Assembly (NCBI GenBank): GCA_038128265.1 | Contig: JAYPJE010000039.1 | Location: 1 to 40,284, forward strand | Direction: 5' to 3' | DNA length: 40,284 bases | DNA from: Gemmatimonadota bacterium | GTDB taxonomy: Bacteria > Latescibacterota > UBA2968 > UBA8231 | In this document: positions 1-8,776 of the stretch, piece by piece | Layout of the letters: every line of letters starts with the position of its first letter | How positions within the stretch are numbered: the stretch's first letter is position 1 | Made by a program: the position numbers and the translations under genes | The notes under the pieces: generated by a model | The model's input: only the letters and a program-made list of their open reading frames with translations | What the model was told of the DNA's origin: nothing | Databases searched by the model: none

Positions 1-2
1 GC

Positions 3-1064
3 GAGTCGCTGCGCAACGACGGGCGCGTGTGGGTGCCCCAACAAGCCGGTGACAAACGCTCCCCCGACCAAATACCCGAGGCCGAGCGCGATTACTACCT
101 AGAGCGCCGTTACCCGAGCTTCGGCAATCTGGTGCCCCGCGACGTAGCTTCGCGCGCTTCCAAAGCCGTATGCGACGAAGGACGCGGCGTCGGCAGCACT
201 GGGCGCGCGGTATACTTGGATTTTGCCGATGCAATCAAGCGCGATGGCGAGCAGACCATACGGCAGAAGTACGGCAATCTCTTTGATATGTATCACGAAA
301 TAACGGCCGAAGACCCCTACAAAACCCCCATGCGCATTTATCCTGCCGTCCATTACACCATGGGCGGTCTGTGGGTCGACTACAACCTGATGAGCAATTT
401 GCCCGGCCTGTTTGTCCTAGGTGAGGCCAATTTTTCCGACCATGGCGCCAATCGGCTGGGGGCCAGCGCCCTTATGCAGGGCTTGGCAGACGGATACTTC
501 GTCATCCCCTACACGCTGGGCGGCTATATCGCCTCAGAGGGCATTGATCCCGTCTCGACCGATCATCCCGCGTTTGACGAGGCCGAAAGAGAAGCCAATG
601 AACGCATAGAAAAATTGCTCTCCGTGAAGGGCGGCCGCACCGTTGACGATTTTCACCGCGAATTGGGCCTGGTTGTCTGGGACTATTGCGGCATGTCGCG
701 CAGCGAGGAAGGCCTGAACGAAGCGAGAGAGAAAGTACGCTCTATACGAGAAGAGTTTTGGCAGAATGTCACCGTCTCTGGCACACAGGGCGAATTTAAC
801 AAAGTCTTGGAACGCGCTGGTCGCGTGGCGGACTTTATGGAATTTGCCGAGCTGATGATGTGCGACGCGCTGGCCCGCGACGAGTCGTGTGGCGGACACT
901 TCCGCGAAGAACACCAGACGGAAGAGGGCGAAGCAAAACGCGACGACGAGAACTTCGCCTTTGTATCCGCTTGGGAATTTACCGGTGTTGGACAAGACCC
1001 CGTGCTACATAAAGAAGAACTCGCATTTGAGAATGTGCACCTCACGCAAAGGAGTTATAAGTGA
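3..1064 (+). CDS. sdhA: Succinate dehydrogenase/fumarate reductase flavoprotein subunit (5'-partial)
   Basis: Motifs [35 protein letters not shown] and C-terminal QRSYK. The frame is open from the window start and abuts the Fe-S subunit gene. Confidence 0.95.
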   Translation, partial: ESLRNDGRVWVPQQAGDKRSPDQIPEAERDYYLERRYPSFGNLVPRDVASRASKAVCDEGRGVGSTGRAVYLDFADAIKRDGEQTIRQKYGNLFDMYHEITAEDPYKTPMRIYPAVHYTMGGLWVDYNLMSNLPGLFVLGEANFSDHGANRLGASALMQGLADGYFVIPYTLGGYIASEGIDPVSTDHPAFDEAEREANERIEKLLSVKGGRTVDDFHRELGLVVWDYCGMSRSEEGLNEAREKVRSIREEFWQNVTVSGTQGEFNKVLERAGRVADFMEFAELMMCDALARDESCGGHFREEHQTEEGEAKRDDENFAFVSAWEFTGVGQDPVLHKEELAFENVHLTQRSYK

Positions 1065-1837
1065 GCGGAGAAAGCAGCCGCGCTGAGGGCATGACCTTTA
1101 CGCTGAAGGTGTGGCGTCAGAAGGGTGCTAACGAACAGGGTGAAATGGTATCATACCCCGCCGAGAACATCCGTCCGGAAATGTCTTTCCTGGAAATGCT
1201 CGACGTGGTAAACGACCAGCTAGAACTCAAGGGAATTGAGCCCGTCGCCTTTGACAGCGACTGCCGCGAAGGGATCTGCGGCATGTGCGGGCTGGTGATC
1301 AACGGACAGCCGCATGGTCCGGGCAGCGGAACGACAACCTGCCAGCTCTACATGCGCAGCTTTGAGAGCGGGTCTACTATTACGATAGAGCCCTGGCGGG
1401 CAAAGGCCTTTCCCGTCGTGCGCGACCTCTGCGTCGATCGGTCTGCGTTTGATCGAATCATGCAGGCGGGAGGCTATATTTCGGTAAACACCGGATCGGC
1501 ACCCGACGCCAACGCGATGCCCATTGCGCAGGACTTGGCTGAAGAGGCCATGGACGCAGCGGCCTGTATAGGCTGCGGTGCGTGCGTTGCCTCCTGCAAG
1601 AATGCATCTGCCATGCTGTTTGTCGGCGCCAAAGTCAAGCACCTCAACGTGCTGCCCCAAGGCCAGCCCGAGCGGCATCGGCGAACGGTTGCGATGGTTG
1701 AGGCGATGCAGGCTGAGGGGTTTGGCAACTGCACCAACGAATACGAATGCGAGGCCGTCTGCCCAAAGGAAATTTCTGCGGGCCACATTGCTTTCCTAAA
1801 CAGAGATTTTCTGCGGGCTAAGCTCAGCGGCGAGTAG
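1061..1837 (+). CDS. sdhB: Succinate dehydrogenase/fumarate reductase iron-sulfur subunit
   Basis: CREGICGMC (2Fe-2S), [11 protein letters not shown] and [12 protein letters not shown] cysteine clusters. GTG start overlaps the sdhA stop, with AAAGGAG upstream. Confidence 0.95.
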   Translation: MSGESSRAEGMTFTLKVWRQKGANEQGEMVSYPAENIRPEMSFLEMLDVVNDQLELKGIEPVAFDSDCREGICGMCGLVINGQPHGPGSGTTTCQLYMRSFESGSTITIEPWRAKAFPVVRDLCVDRSAFDRIMQAGGYISVNTGSAPDANAMPIAQDLAEEAMDAAACIGCGACVASCKNASAMLFVGAKVKHLNVLPQGQPERHRRTVAMVEAMQAEGFGNCTNEYECEAVCPKEISAGHIAFLNRDFLRAKLSGE

Positions 1838-1856
1838 AGTACGACAATTATAGAAC

Positions 1857-1893
1857 AAAAAAAGGGTGCGGGCCGTTTAGGCCCGCACCCTTT
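1857..1893. terminator. Intrinsic terminator between convergent sdhB and rpmA, probably bidirectional
   Basis: AAAGGGTGCGGGCC-GTTTA-GGCCCGCACCCTTT is a perfect inverted repeat. The A-run at 1857-1863 is a U-tract on the minus strand. Confidence 0.9.
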
Positions 1894-1917
1894 CGTATTG
1901 TCTGGTATTTCGAGTCG

Positions 1918-2172
1918 CTACGCAGCTACGATGTTGACGCGCTTACGGCTTTTGCCAAACTCTTCAAACTGCACTTTGCCGTCCGCCGTTGCAAAGAGCG
2001 TATCGTCGCCGCCCTTTTTCACATTGAGTCCCGGGTGTATACGGGTGCCACGCTGGCGAACGATGATCGTGCCTGCCGTAACCGCCTCGCCGCCATAGCG
2101 CTTGACGCCGAGGCGCTTTGAATGACTGTCGCGACCGTTTTTGGAGCTGCCTACGCCTTTCTTATGAGCCAT
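1918..2172 (-). CDS. rpmA: 50S ribosomal protein bL27
   Basis: [24 protein letters not shown] and IIVRQRGT signature. Confidence 0.99.
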   Translation of the reverse strand: MAHKKGVGSSKNGRDSHSKRLGVKRYGGEAVTAGTIIVRQRGTRIHPGLNVKKGGDDTLFATADGKVQFEEFGKSRKRVNIVAA

Positions 2173-2195
2173 GGCGCTTTCCTTTCAGCTAATCT

Positions 2196-2513
2196 CTAGT
2201 TGGGGAGGACGATGTCCTCTATCTGGATTTCGGTATAGTCCTGGCGGTGCCCGTTGCGGTTGCGGTAGGTCTTGCGCCGCTTCATCTTGAAGACGACAAT
2301 CTTCTTGCCGCGACCGTGACCTACGACCGTGGCCGATACGCTTGCTCCCTCAACCGTAGGGCTCCCAACTTTCGTGTCGCCCTCGTTGGAAACCAACAAC
2401 ACTTCCGTGAACTCCTGAGCATTGCCCTCTTCGGCCTGAAGCTTGGGGACGCGCACGCGCTGGCCCTTTTCGACCCGAACTTGCTCACCTGCTATTTTGA
2501 CGACTGCGTACAT
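2196..2513 (-). CDS. rplU: 50S ribosomal protein bL21
   Basis: MYAVVKIAGEQ, VFKMKRRKTYR..GHRQDYT. Adjacent to rpmA. Confidence 0.98.
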   Translation of the reverse strand: MYAVVKIAGEQVRVEKGQRVRVPKLQAEEGNAQEFTEVLLVSNEGDTKVGSPTVEGASVSATVVGHGRGKKIVVFKMKRRKTYRNRNGHRQDYTEIQIEDIVLPN

Positions 2514-2569
2514 CGCACTTCTCCAAAGAAGATCATCCGTTCAAATCACCAGTATTCTGGGAAACATAT

Positions 2570-2598
2570 AAAATACGAACGGCATTTTAATCTGTCAA
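2570..2598 (-). promoter_or_regulatory. Putative sigma70 promoter of rplU-rpmA
   Basis: Minus strand TTGACA-N17-TATTTT. The -35 overlaps the RNase G stop codon. Confidence 0.65.
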
Positions 2599-4115
2599 AC
2601 GCTGAACTCAGACGTAACGTCCACGCTGCGTTTGAGCGAGAAAAAGCGATAGTCTTGCGGCGACAGTGTCGTATCGCTCTCCACCTGTAGGCGCGCCTTG
2701 GTCGATTTGCGCAGCGAACGCAGGCGCTCTTCGCGGTTTTCCAAAATATAGGTGGCAACGTCTGGATGAACCTTGAGCACGTAGCGACGTTCGCGCGTAG
2801 CGGCGAATGAACGCTGTAACCAGCGTTCGATCTTCGTCATCGTCGTGTCGGGACCCATGACGCGCCCCGTGCCCGCGCATACGGGGCAGGGTTCGCTGTG
2901 ATCGTGCAGCAGGTTAGGACGGACGCGCTGGCGCGTCATTTCCATTAGGCCAAATTCGCTGATGCGCGAACTAATCGAAACCTTCGCACGGTCTTTTTTT
3001 GCCTCTTCAATAAGCCGATCGACGATTTTCTTGCGGTTTCGCTCGTCGTTCATATCGATAAAGTCGATGACGACAATGCCGCCGATATCGCGCAGGCGCA
3101 GCTGGCGCGCCACTTCGCTGGCCGCCTCTAAATTCGTGTTGAGGTTGTTTTCTTCCTGGTCGTCGGAACCAACAAAACGCGCGGAGTTCACGTCGATAAA
3201 GGTTCCGGCCTCAGCAAAATCGATGACCAGTGCCCCGCCGCGTCGCATCCAAACCGTTCGGTTGGTTAGCTTTTCGATCTCCTCCTCAATCTTGTACGCG
3301 TCAAATATCGGGCGTCGATCTTTGTGCAAGGCGATCCGCTTGACCAGCAGAGGAGAGACCTGGCGCAGGTAGGACAGAATCTCACCGTATAGGTTTTCAT
3401 CGTCTACAATCACCTGCTCGACGTTATCGGTGAAGAGGTCTCGGATAACGCTCGACGTCATACCCATTTCTTTGTGAATCAGCGATGGAGCCGCTAGCTT
3501 CAGGCCGTTCTTAAGCAGGCGCTGGTGGTTTTTTACCAATTGCTTAAGGTCGCGCTTGAGATCTTTTTCCTTTTTGTCTCTGCTTTCGGTGCGCACGATC
3601 ACCGAATACCCTTCTGGACGGATCTTCTCGATGATTTCGCGCAGGCGCCGCCGTTCGTTCCAGCTGGATATCTTGCGCGATACACCCACCCAGCTACCGC
3701 CCGGGACTAGAACCACGAAGCGACCCGGCAGCGACAGCTGGGTCGTGATCCTAGCCCCCTTTGTGCTAATGGGCTCTTTCGATATCTGCACGATAGCTTC
3801 GTCCCCCTTCTTGATCAGCTTTTGGATCGGGGGCTGACTGTGGAAGCGGCGGCGGCCATTGCGCCCTCCACCGTCGTCTTCGTTCTCGGCCTCTACCATG
3901 TCCCGGGCCTGCAAAAAAGCCGTCCGCTCTTGTCCGATATCGACAAACGCCGCCTGTAAACCCGGCAGTACGGCGGTCACTGTTCCCTTGTAGATATCGC
4001 CAACCATGCGCTGGTTTTCTGGCCTTTCGACCCATAACTCAGCCAGGCGTCCGTCTTCTACAATGGCAATGCGCGACTCGTTCGACGCGGCATTGATATA
4101 TATTTCTGTTTGCAT
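2595..4115 (-). CDS. rng: Ribonuclease E/G family protein (RNase G-sized, 506 aa)
   Basis: GDIYKGTV..VLPGLQAAFVDIG (S1 domain), KEPISTKGARIT, IDVNS, RQLRLRDIGGIVVIDFIDM, EMTRQR, CPVCAGTG. Confidence 0.93.
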   Translation of the reverse strand: MQTEIYINAASNESRIAIVEDGRLAELWVERPENQRMVGDIYKGTVTAVLPGLQAAFVDIGQERTAFLQARDMVEAENEDDGGGRNGRRRFHSQPPIQKLIKKGDEAIVQISKEPISTKGARITTQLSLPGRFVVLVPGGSWVGVSRKISSWNERRRLREIIEKIRPEGYSVIVRTESRDKKEKDLKRDLKQLVKNHQRLLKNGLKLAAPSLIHKEMGMTSSVIRDLFTDNVEQVIVDDENLYGEILSYLRQVSPLLVKRIALHKDRRPIFDAYKIEEEIEKLTNRTVWMRRGGALVIDFAEAGTFIDVNSARFVGSDDQEENNLNTNLEAASEVARQLRLRDIGGIVVIDFIDMNDERNRKKIVDRLIEEAKKDRAKVSISSRISEFGLMEMTRQRVRPNLLHDHSEPCPVCAGTGRVMGPDTTMTKIERWLQRSFAATRERRYVLKVHPDVATYILENREERLRSLRKSTKARLQVESDTTLSPQDYRFFSLKRSVDVTSEFSV

Positions 4116-4600
4116 GCAACTTCCCTATTGGATACGCGAAGTATCAGCAGAGAAGACGCGAAGAGTACGATTGCGAAGAGGTATTGCACCCGATGCCATT
4201 TGTTGCACCGGGGACCTAGTGAGGGCTAGGAATTTTAGCGTGCTCTTAGGGAGAATGCGATATACGACGGGCCGAATGATCTATTGAGACGATCCAATAT
4301 GACCTGGCAGAGGTATCGCGCACTACTCATCTCTGAGGTCAGGAATGATCCGGCTTGAGAGCCCGTTGGTCTGCGGTTCTGAATCACCGCGGTAAAACCC
4401 GCTTGTAACCGCACCACTTCAAGCTCTGTAAAATCTTGTTAATAATAAGCTTGCGTCACGCTTGACGCACGTCGCTTCAAATCCCGGAAAGAGACCCTCT
4501 ATACCCTCTCATGCAAAAACTTCTCGGTCTCTGCTCAAACTTCAAAAAGTAAAAATGGTACCGTTAGTAATATAACGTTTTCTTAAAACCGATGGACTTC
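4116..4600 (-). ncRNA. Long structured non-coding segment, probable 5' leader of the RNase G/E gene
   Basis: About 520-nt intergenic gap with at least six hairpins, including 4131-4145, 4215-4230, 4300-4341, 4352-4363, 4373-4390 and 4452-4469. Candidate promoter at 4607-4635. Confidence 0.45.
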
Positions 4601-4606
4601 ACTGAT

Positions 4607-4635
4607 ATAATACACATCGCCCGGTCGACAAGCAA
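4607..4635 (-). promoter_or_regulatory. Putative sigma70 promoter upstream of the RNase G/E leader
   Basis: Minus strand TTGCTT-N17-TATTAT. Confidence 0.5.
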
Positions 4636-4638
4636 GTG

Positions 4639-6486
4639 TCAATCTTTTTTGACCAGTGCCTCTTTATACATCTTTTGATCCTGTAAGACGCCAATAGCCT
4701 TTTCCAGCTGAGGATCCTCTCTTAACTCGAGCTTCAGCTGCGCTTTTCTACCCTCAACGCGGAGCGCCAGCTCCTTTTCTAAAGCAAAGCGAATCTCTGG
4801 TTCCAGCTTTGCCGTGAATCCTTTTTGGCGCTCTGCCATAAACGCGGTTTCTAAATTCGCAAGCGACGTCTCCACCTCTCCCCAACCCAATTCACCGGCG
4901 ATATCCTTCAACGAGTTTAGCTGGTCTAATCCCATTGCGTAGCCGTCCTTCTCGTTGGCGCTGCGGACAAACTCCCTAAAGGAGCTCAGCATCGCTTCGT
5001 CTACCTGCGTTTCCTCTGTGTAGGTGGAATCGGCTGTGCTGTAATCCACCAGAAAATCAAAGAACAGGCGCCGGCGCTCGAGGTTTTGCACGTAGTGGGA
5101 GGGCGCACGCGGTGCAACTACGATGTCCGGCGTAATGCCGCCACCGCCAAATACCTTTCTTCCGCGCTGAGTGAAGTATTCTCGCTCGCGCAATTTAACG
5201 GAGTCTGCTGTCGACGCAGACGATTCCATACCCACCAAATCGACTAAACGCGTCTCCAGCAGCTTTTGCGCTACTGGCGCATCCAAATCAAAGCGCGCCT
5301 GCAGAGCGGCTAACGCTGTCTCCCTGTCGCTTGCTTCCAGGATGACATCCATCGCTAGGGCCGCCGGCAGCTCGCGATCGGCAATTTCGATGCGATTGGC
5401 CTGGTCCGCTCCGCCCGAATATTCTCGGTGAATGCTGCGCCCGCTGGGCGTGTAGTAGAGCGCCGTTGTCAGCTTGAGCGCGCTATCGGTTACTTCCTGC
5501 AGATCGAATATGGTCTGAACAGAGCCCTTGCCAAACGATGTCGTGCCAACGAGAACGCCCCTATCGTTGTCTTGAATGGCTCCGGCCACAATTTCAGAAG
5601 CGCTGGCACTGCCGTCATCGATAAGCACGACCAGGGGCAGCTCGCCCAAAACAGGTCGGCGCTGCGAGTGCTTTACTTCCTCGCGCCGGCCCTCGCGCTC
5701 GCGGATCGATACAATGGGTGCCCCTTTGGGCAAGAATAGATCCGCCACCTGCGTGGCCTGACTGAGCAAACCGCCCGGATTGCCGCGCAGGTCGAGGACA
5801 ACGCCTTTCACCCCCTTTGCCAGCAGCGACTTGATGGCCTGCTCGACTTCCTCGGAAGTGCTTTCCGAAAACCGCGTCTGTCGCATGCTGATATAGCCCA
5901 CGCCCCCGCGGATTTCTTCTGCCAACGACACGCTTTTAATTTCTATTATCTCGCGCTCTATTACGACTTCGTGCCTCGGACCGCCCAGCCGGTGAACAAT
6001 TTCAATCCGCACTTCCGTGCCCGGCTCCCCTCGCAAAGCGTCAACAATGGTCTCCAGCGACATATCGCGCGTGTCCGTTCCTTCTACGGCGACAATTAAA
6101 TCCCCCGAGCGCAAACCTGCTCGCGAGGCCGGCGTATCTTCTATTGGGGAGATAATTACTGGGTAGCGGTCCTTTATTGCGACGGTGATACCAAGTCCCG
6201 CAAATTTGCCAGTCGTATCCTGACGCAGCTGACGCAGGCCTTCCTCGTCGTAGAATTGGCTGTATGAATCGAGCTGATCGAGCATGCCCTCGATCGCCGC
6301 CATCATAATCTCGTTGCCATCCAAACTCGCGTAATAATTGTCGACTATGCGCGCATAGACCGCCCCAAAGCGCTCCCAGCCCGCATTGACCTCTTTGTAC
6401 GGATCGGCCGGTGCCGCCGCCGCAATCAGCGGAACCCAGAGGGCTATCAATACCCCAAACGGCATATTCTTCATAAAACGTCTCAT
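4639..6486 (-). CDS. S41 family C-terminal processing peptidase (CtpA/Prc-like) with signal peptide and PDZ domain
   Basis: N-terminal signal (LIAAAA), FAGLGI PDZ entry, LDLRGNPGGLL, SASASEIVAGAIQD (catalytic Ser), SFGKGSVQ (catalytic Lys), YYTPSGRSI. Confidence 0.93.
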   Translation of the reverse strand: MRRFMKNMPFGVLIALWVPLIAAAAPADPYKEVNAGWERFGAVYARIVDNYYASLDGNEIMMAAIEGMLDQLDSYSQFYDEEGLRQLRQDTTGKFAGLGITVAIKDRYPVIISPIEDTPASRAGLRSGDLIVAVEGTDTRDMSLETIVDALRGEPGTEVRIEIVHRLGGPRHEVVIEREIIEIKSVSLAEEIRGGVGYISMRQTRFSESTSEEVEQAIKSLLAKGVKGVVLDLRGNPGGLLSQATQVADLFLPKGAPIVSIREREGRREEVKHSQRRPVLGELPLVVLIDDGSASASEIVAGAIQDNDRGVLVGTTSFGKGSVQTIFDLQEVTDSALKLTTALYYTPSGRSIHREYSGGADQANRIEIADRELPAALAMDVILEASDRETALAALQARFDLDAPVAQKLLETRLVDLVGMESSASTADSVKLREREYFTQRGRKVFGGGGITPDIVVAPRAPSHYVQNLERRRLFFDFLVDYSTADSTYTEETQVDEAMLSSFREFVRSANEKDGYAMGLDQLNSLKDIAGELGWGEVETSLANLETAFMAERQKGFTAKLEPEIRFALEKELALRVEGRKAQLKLELREDPQLEKAIGVLQDQKMYKEALVKKD

Positions 6487-6493
6487 ATTCTGT

Positions 6494-7126
6494 TCAAAGC
6501 CATGGCCACCGCGTCAGGAGGGCTTTGCGGATGGCCTCAGAAACCTCTTCTTGGGCGGGGCGGGCATCAATTTCAATAGCCTGCAAATCGCCTGCGAAAA
6601 TAGACTCATACCCCAAGGCTACGCGTTCCTGTAACTCGTCTCCTGCTTCTTCCAAACGGTCTGCCTCTTGCGCGCGCTTCTGCCGACGAAGACGCGCATC
6701 CTCAACCGAAAGACGTAAAAAAATCGTTGCGTCTGGCAGGCACGAGCCCACCGCAAATTGGTTTACCTGCTCAACGAGGCTTTTGTCCAGACCGCGCCCA
6801 AAAGACTGATACGCCACCGTTGACGCAATAAACCGGTCACAGACGACGATTTTTCCCGCAGATAAGGAGGGCCCAATAAGCTCCTCCACGTGCTGGGAAC
6901 GACTCGCCGCGTAGAGGAACAGTTCCGTGCGATAGGCTGTTTCCGGCAAGCTGGGATCCAAAACCAGCTGGCGGATGCGCTCGGCTACCGGCGTGCCACC
7001 AGGTTCGCGCGTGGGCACAACGTCGTGGCCGCGCTGCTGCAAGAATTGGGTTAAGGCCGCTGCTTGAGTCGTCGTGCCGCTTCCATCGACCCCTTCAAAT
7101 ACGAAGAATAGCCCTTCTTCAGGCAT
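6494..7126 (-). CDS. tmk: Thymidylate kinase
   Basis: FEGVDGSGTTTQ P-loop, TREPGGT, LFLYAASR, CDRF..STVAYQ. Confidence 0.95.
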   Translation of the reverse strand: MPEEGLFFVFEGVDGSGTTTQAAALTQFLQQRGHDVVPTREPGGTPVAERIRQLVLDPSLPETAYRTELFLYAASRSQHVEELIGPSLSAGKIVVCDRFIASTVAYQSFGRGLDKSLVEQVNQFAVGSCLPDATIFLRLSVEDARLRRQKRAQEADRLEEAGDELQERVALGYESIFAGDLQAIEIDARPAQEEVSEAIRKALLTRWPWL

Positions 7127-7162
7127 CGGTGGACAGTGCGAATGAGAGGTGGTGCAAGTCGA

Positions 7163-7786
7163 TTAGGACGACCCCTGCTGAACGGGATTGGCAGCGTTGG
7201 GACCGGCCTTGAGTTTGTTGCGGATGTAGGTCAAGCGCTCGATAACGGTGTAATTGGTCGTCACTGCGAGTAGGACGAGAACGAAAACCAGCCCATTGTG
7301 GCTCACCAAGCAACCCAACCCCAGCGCCATTAATCGTTCGGGGCGCTGCATGAAACCTACCTTGCAATCCTCTCCCAGTCCCTCAGCCCGCGCGCGAACG
7401 TAGCTCACCATGAGTGAGCCGGTGATTGCGAAGAAGAGAATGCCGCTTGCGATCCATTCATCCCGTCCAATCAGATACGCACCGATGCCAAAATAAATAA
7501 AGATCTCTGAGTATCGGTCTGTCGTCGAATCGAGCAGAGCGCCGAATTTGGTTTCCTTGCGCCCTTCGCGTGCCACCTGGCCGTCAAGGATATCACACAG
7601 GCCGGCCACCATCATAACAACGGCTCCCCAGCGCAGCTCGCCTCGGGCAAACACAACCGTCGCACCGATGTTCATAACCAAGCCCATTAGGGTCAGCCAA
7701 TCCGGACGGAAGCCCAGCCGAATAAACAGGTGGGCCAGCGGTCTAAGCACGGCCAACGAGAGCGGTTTTAGGTATTTGTCTAACAC
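7163..7786 (-). CDS. CDP-alcohol phosphatidyltransferase (phosphatidylinositol-phosphate-synthase-like)
   Basis: DILDGQVAR..FGALLDSTTDRYSE motif, SYVRARAEGLG and RPER. Hydrophobic helices. Confidence 0.88.
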   Translation of the reverse strand: MLDKYLKPLSLAVLRPLAHLFIRLGFRPDWLTLMGLVMNIGATVVFARGELRWGAVVMMVAGLCDILDGQVAREGRKETKFGALLDSTTDRYSEIFIYFGIGAYLIGRDEWIASGILFFAITGSLMVSYVRARAEGLGEDCKVGFMQRPERLMALGLGCLVSHNGLVFVLVLLAVTTNYTVIERLTYIRNKLKAGPNAANPVQQGSS

Positions 7787-7832
7787 AGTGTATGCCGGAA
7801 CAGGTGAGGAACGATAAAGCCCAAGCCCATAA

Positions 7833-7862
7833 AATATACGGCAACAGTCTGCCCTATTGCAA
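7833..7862 (-). promoter_or_regulatory. Putative promoter of the CDP-alcohol transferase-tmk-S41 operon
   Basis: Minus strand TTGCAA-N18-TATATT. Confidence 0.5.
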
Positions 7863-7905
7863 GATATTTATGGCTTAAAAATAGTTCACATACCAATCTA
7901 TTCAC

Positions 7906-8064
7906 TTATCCACAATTCAACTCTTTACGGATCTGAAACCCATGACTTCACTGGCGTTTATCTAGATGGTTTTACTCGTGCTTCACACCATCAATTGGTG
8001 GCTCAAACCACGCTTTTCTTATCAACATTCTTTAGGTGGATAACCTTGCTCTATCTGTTAATAA
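7906..8064. promoter_or_regulatory. Secondary DnaA-box cluster
   Basis: TTATCCACA 7906-7914 (perfect), TTATCAACA 8019-8027, GGTGGATAA 8035-8043 (reverse) and TGTTAATAA 8056-8064 (reverse) in an AT-rich gap. Confidence 0.65.
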
Positions 8065-8738
8065 ATTAGAGGCACGCGACCCAAATGCATCACCTCTTTT
8101 TTCCATTGCACAACCAACCGCTCACCCCCTTCTACGGTCGATTCTCCGCGTGGGTCCAGCGGACAGAAAAGCCAAGCAGACGAGCGAACGTGTGACTGGA
8201 CTAGAGCCTTTAGTTCCCCTGGATTGGCGACCGAACGCGCCGTCACTACATCGGCTGTTATTGGTTCTTTCCAGTCTTCTACTCGCTCGTTTATTACCAC
8301 GGCCTTTTCCAAATGGAGCAAACGAATTGCCTGCTTCAGAAAGTTCGCTCTCCGACGTCGGCTCTCTACTAAATAGAAAGCGGTTTCTGGCAGACAAATC
8401 TTTAGGGGAATGGCCGGAATGCCCGACCCAGAACCAACGTCAAGAACCGTCTCGTGCGGAACCGATTGAATATGCGGAACCATTGCCAACGCGCGCCATA
8501 CATGTCGAGTCCCAATAGATTCGCGCTCCTGCACTGAAACTAAATTAAGCTTTATCGATGTATGGTATAGCAAGTGGACGTAGGCACATATAGCAGTCCA
8601 TTGCTCCTCTGAGAGAGCAACCGTGCTGTTCTGTACCCATGTATTGAGAGCCTCCAAATCGCCCTCGAGACGCGGTGGTATGCTCCCCAACCTTTTTTCC
8701 TCCCATGTTGTTTCACGTGAAACAGGAGGGCTTGTCAT
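8058..8738 (-). CDS. rsmG: 16S rRNA m7G527 methyltransferase RsmG (GidB)
   Basis: LNLVS..RH, LDVGSGSGIPAIPL, LVESRRRRANFL, VINERVE, VTARSVA. Typical position near oriC. Start codon uncertain. Confidence 0.9.
   Translation of the reverse strand: MTSPPVSRETTWEEKRLGSIPPRLEGDLEALNTWVQNSTVALSEEQWTAICAYVHLLYHTSIKLNLVSVQERESIGTRHVWRALAMVPHIQSVPHETVLDVGSGSGIPAIPLKICLPETAFYLVESRRRRANFLKQAIRLLHLEKAVVINERVEDWKEPITADVVTARSVANPGELKALVQSHVRSSAWLFCPLDPRGESTVEGGERLVVQWKKEVMHLGRVPLIY
8709..8724. other. parS site (perfect palindrome)
   Basis: TGTTTCACGTGAAACA is the exact canonical chromosomal parS. Confidence 0.95.
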
Positions 8739-8757
8739 CGACTTTTTTCACCCCTTG

Positions 8758-8773
8758 TGTTTCACGTGAAACG
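8758..8773. other. parS site (one mismatch)
   Basis: TGTTTCACGTGAAACG in the mnmE-rsmG gap, 49 bp from the first site. Confidence 0.92.
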
Positions 8774-8776
8774 TTT

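Noticed and set aside
4116..4638. RNase P RNA, tmRNA or SRP RNA in the long gap
   Set aside because: I found no GAGGAAAGTCC (rnpB), no tRNA-like ends (tmRNA) and no SRP helix-8 motif on either strand.
8036..8518. 160-aa plus-strand ORF
   Set aside because: Antisense to rsmG, low complexity, and its start coincides with a DnaA box.
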